From Hemiscyllium ocellatum (Eukaryota), in the NCBI RefSeq assembly GCF_020745735.1, contig NC_083438.1, positions 10,381,867 to 10,445,866 of the forward strand: a stretch of 64,000 nucleotides of DNA. Direction: 5' to 3'. The notes beneath the pieces are model-generated. The model saw only the letters and a list, made by a program, of their open reading frames with translations, was not told the DNA's origin and made no database searches. A program made the translations under genes and the position numbers. Position 1 is the stretch's first letter, and each line of letters opens with the position of its first letter. Shown here piece by piece: positions 62,690 to 64,000 of this stretch.

Positions 62690-64000
62690 AAGCAATAAAA
62701 TTCAGGATGACGTTGATGGAAGTGATATCATCTCGGAAGTGGTTGATTCTGTTTTCTGGAGAGGCAATGAGATATGACATCGGGTATAAAAAGGGGATGC
62801 AATGCTTCTTGACTTCAATCAGGTTTTTGACCAGATCTTGCATCTTCAATATGGTAAGGGTTCATGGGATCTGGTGCAATTTGGCAAATACATCAAAGAT
62901 TTACTTGTTAGCAGAAGGTAATGGTCGAAGGTAGTTGTTGTGAAGACATCTTGTGTGCAATGGCTTACTATATGACTTGGTGCTGGATCCTTTGCTGTGT
63001 GCAGCGTATATGAATGGTCTAGTCAAGAATGTAGCAATTTTTATTAGTAAGTTCAAAGATGAGGTGAGAAACGTTTGGTTTTGCAATTAGTGAGGAGGAA
63101 AACTCGTGTGACATCAATTATCTTGGCTGTCGGAGAGAAAAATTGAAAACAGAACATTATATCCTAAAGTCTGTGAAGTAAAGCATTCTCGAGACTAGCA
63201 ATTTAAGCGAATATACGATGCATTGTTAGAATCTACAAAATACAAAGGATAAGCAATCTACTGTTGTGAATATCCACATTATGGAGTGTGGGTTGGAGTT
63301 ACAGTCTGGAGATATTGGGCTAGACCATTAATTCAGGAAACAGGGGTCTGAGCCCACAGTGCTGCCACATCAAATCGTGAATTAAAGTTGAAAATTAAAC
63401 ATCTCATTGAAGGAATAAGCTCCACAGATATTCCCTTGCTCTGCTTTGGAGAGCACAACACATCAGCGCAAAAGTTAAGGCTGAAGCATTCACAGCAATC
63501 TTCAGCCAGAAGTGCCAATTGTCTGATCCACCTCAGCATCTTCCATAGATCATAAATATCACAGATACCTGTCAGCAGGGAATTCGCTTCTCTCCACGTG
63601 AAATCAAGACACTGTTTGGCGCGGTGGTGGTGGTTGGGGGGGGCGGGGGTGGAGATGGTGGCACTGGTTACTGCAAATGCTATGTAGCCTGACAAAATTC
63701 TGGCAATAATACTCATGACTTGTGCTAGCCAAGTACTCCCGGTACAGCTAAAACACTGGCATGGACAATGTGGAAAATAGGCCAGGCACGTCCTATGCAT
63801 AGAAAATAGGTTTAACCACCCTGGCGAATTACTGCCCCATCAGTCCATGCTCAATCATGAGTTAGGTGTAAGAAGGTGCTATTAAGCAGCACTAACCTGC
63901 GTAAATGTGGGTTACGCAAGGCCTACTCAGCTCATGTCTGAATTACAGACTTGATTTAAACATGGACAAAGAACTGAATTCCAGAAATGAGGGGAAAGTG
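62690..64000 (+). mobile_element. Decayed CR1/L2-clade RT fragments (~62690-63260 and ~63300-64000)
   Basis: Plus-strand frames give AEAFTAIFSQKCQL, GPDKILAI.LMTCA..LA and NYCPISPCSIMS. The 155-aa minus ORF 63333-63800 is their antisense. Confidence 0.75.

Noticed and set aside
63333-63800. 155-aa Cys-rich minus-strand ORF
   Set aside because: It is the antisense of a decayed CR1/L2-clade RT.
54789-64000. Leftover RSSs, D/J segments or a second V upstream of the gene
   Set aside because: By eye I found no CACAGTG/ACAAAAACC pair with 12/23 spacing and no Ig-like frame. Isolated heptamer-like words fall within repeats.

Overview
Vertebrate, cartilaginous-fish (shark) genomic DNA that is AT-rich and dense in retroelements. 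The one host gene I can support is a complete immunoglobulin mu (IgM) heavy-chain cluster on the minus strand (30144-54788). Its parts, in transcript order, are a TATA box, a leader exon, a V exon already fused in frame to D/J with no RSS left (germline-joined VDJ; CDR3 ASGYYLDY), C-mu1 to C-mu4 with the secretory tail, TM1 and TM2. All splice sites are canonical and phase-compatible. The only visible lesion is a +1 frameshift in a 7-G homopolymer in C-mu4, which is either real or an assembly error. The rest of the window is mostly CR1-type LINE fragments, tRNA-derived SINEs, a decayed Gypsy pol and many Penelope-like elements (PLEs). Several PLEs are palindromic, have 11-15 bp target-site duplications and carry minimal hammerhead-ribozyme motifs. 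Three structures remain unexplained: a nested ancient duplication at ~5.2-8.5 kb, a ~580-bp-arm inverted repeat upstream of the IgH promoter (57.1-59.2 kb), and a 45-bp degenerate tandem array just downstream of J. Most short ORFs in the supplied track are antisense or chance ORFs in repeats. Repeat boundaries marked ~ are approximate, and family assignments come from motif recognition without database searches.
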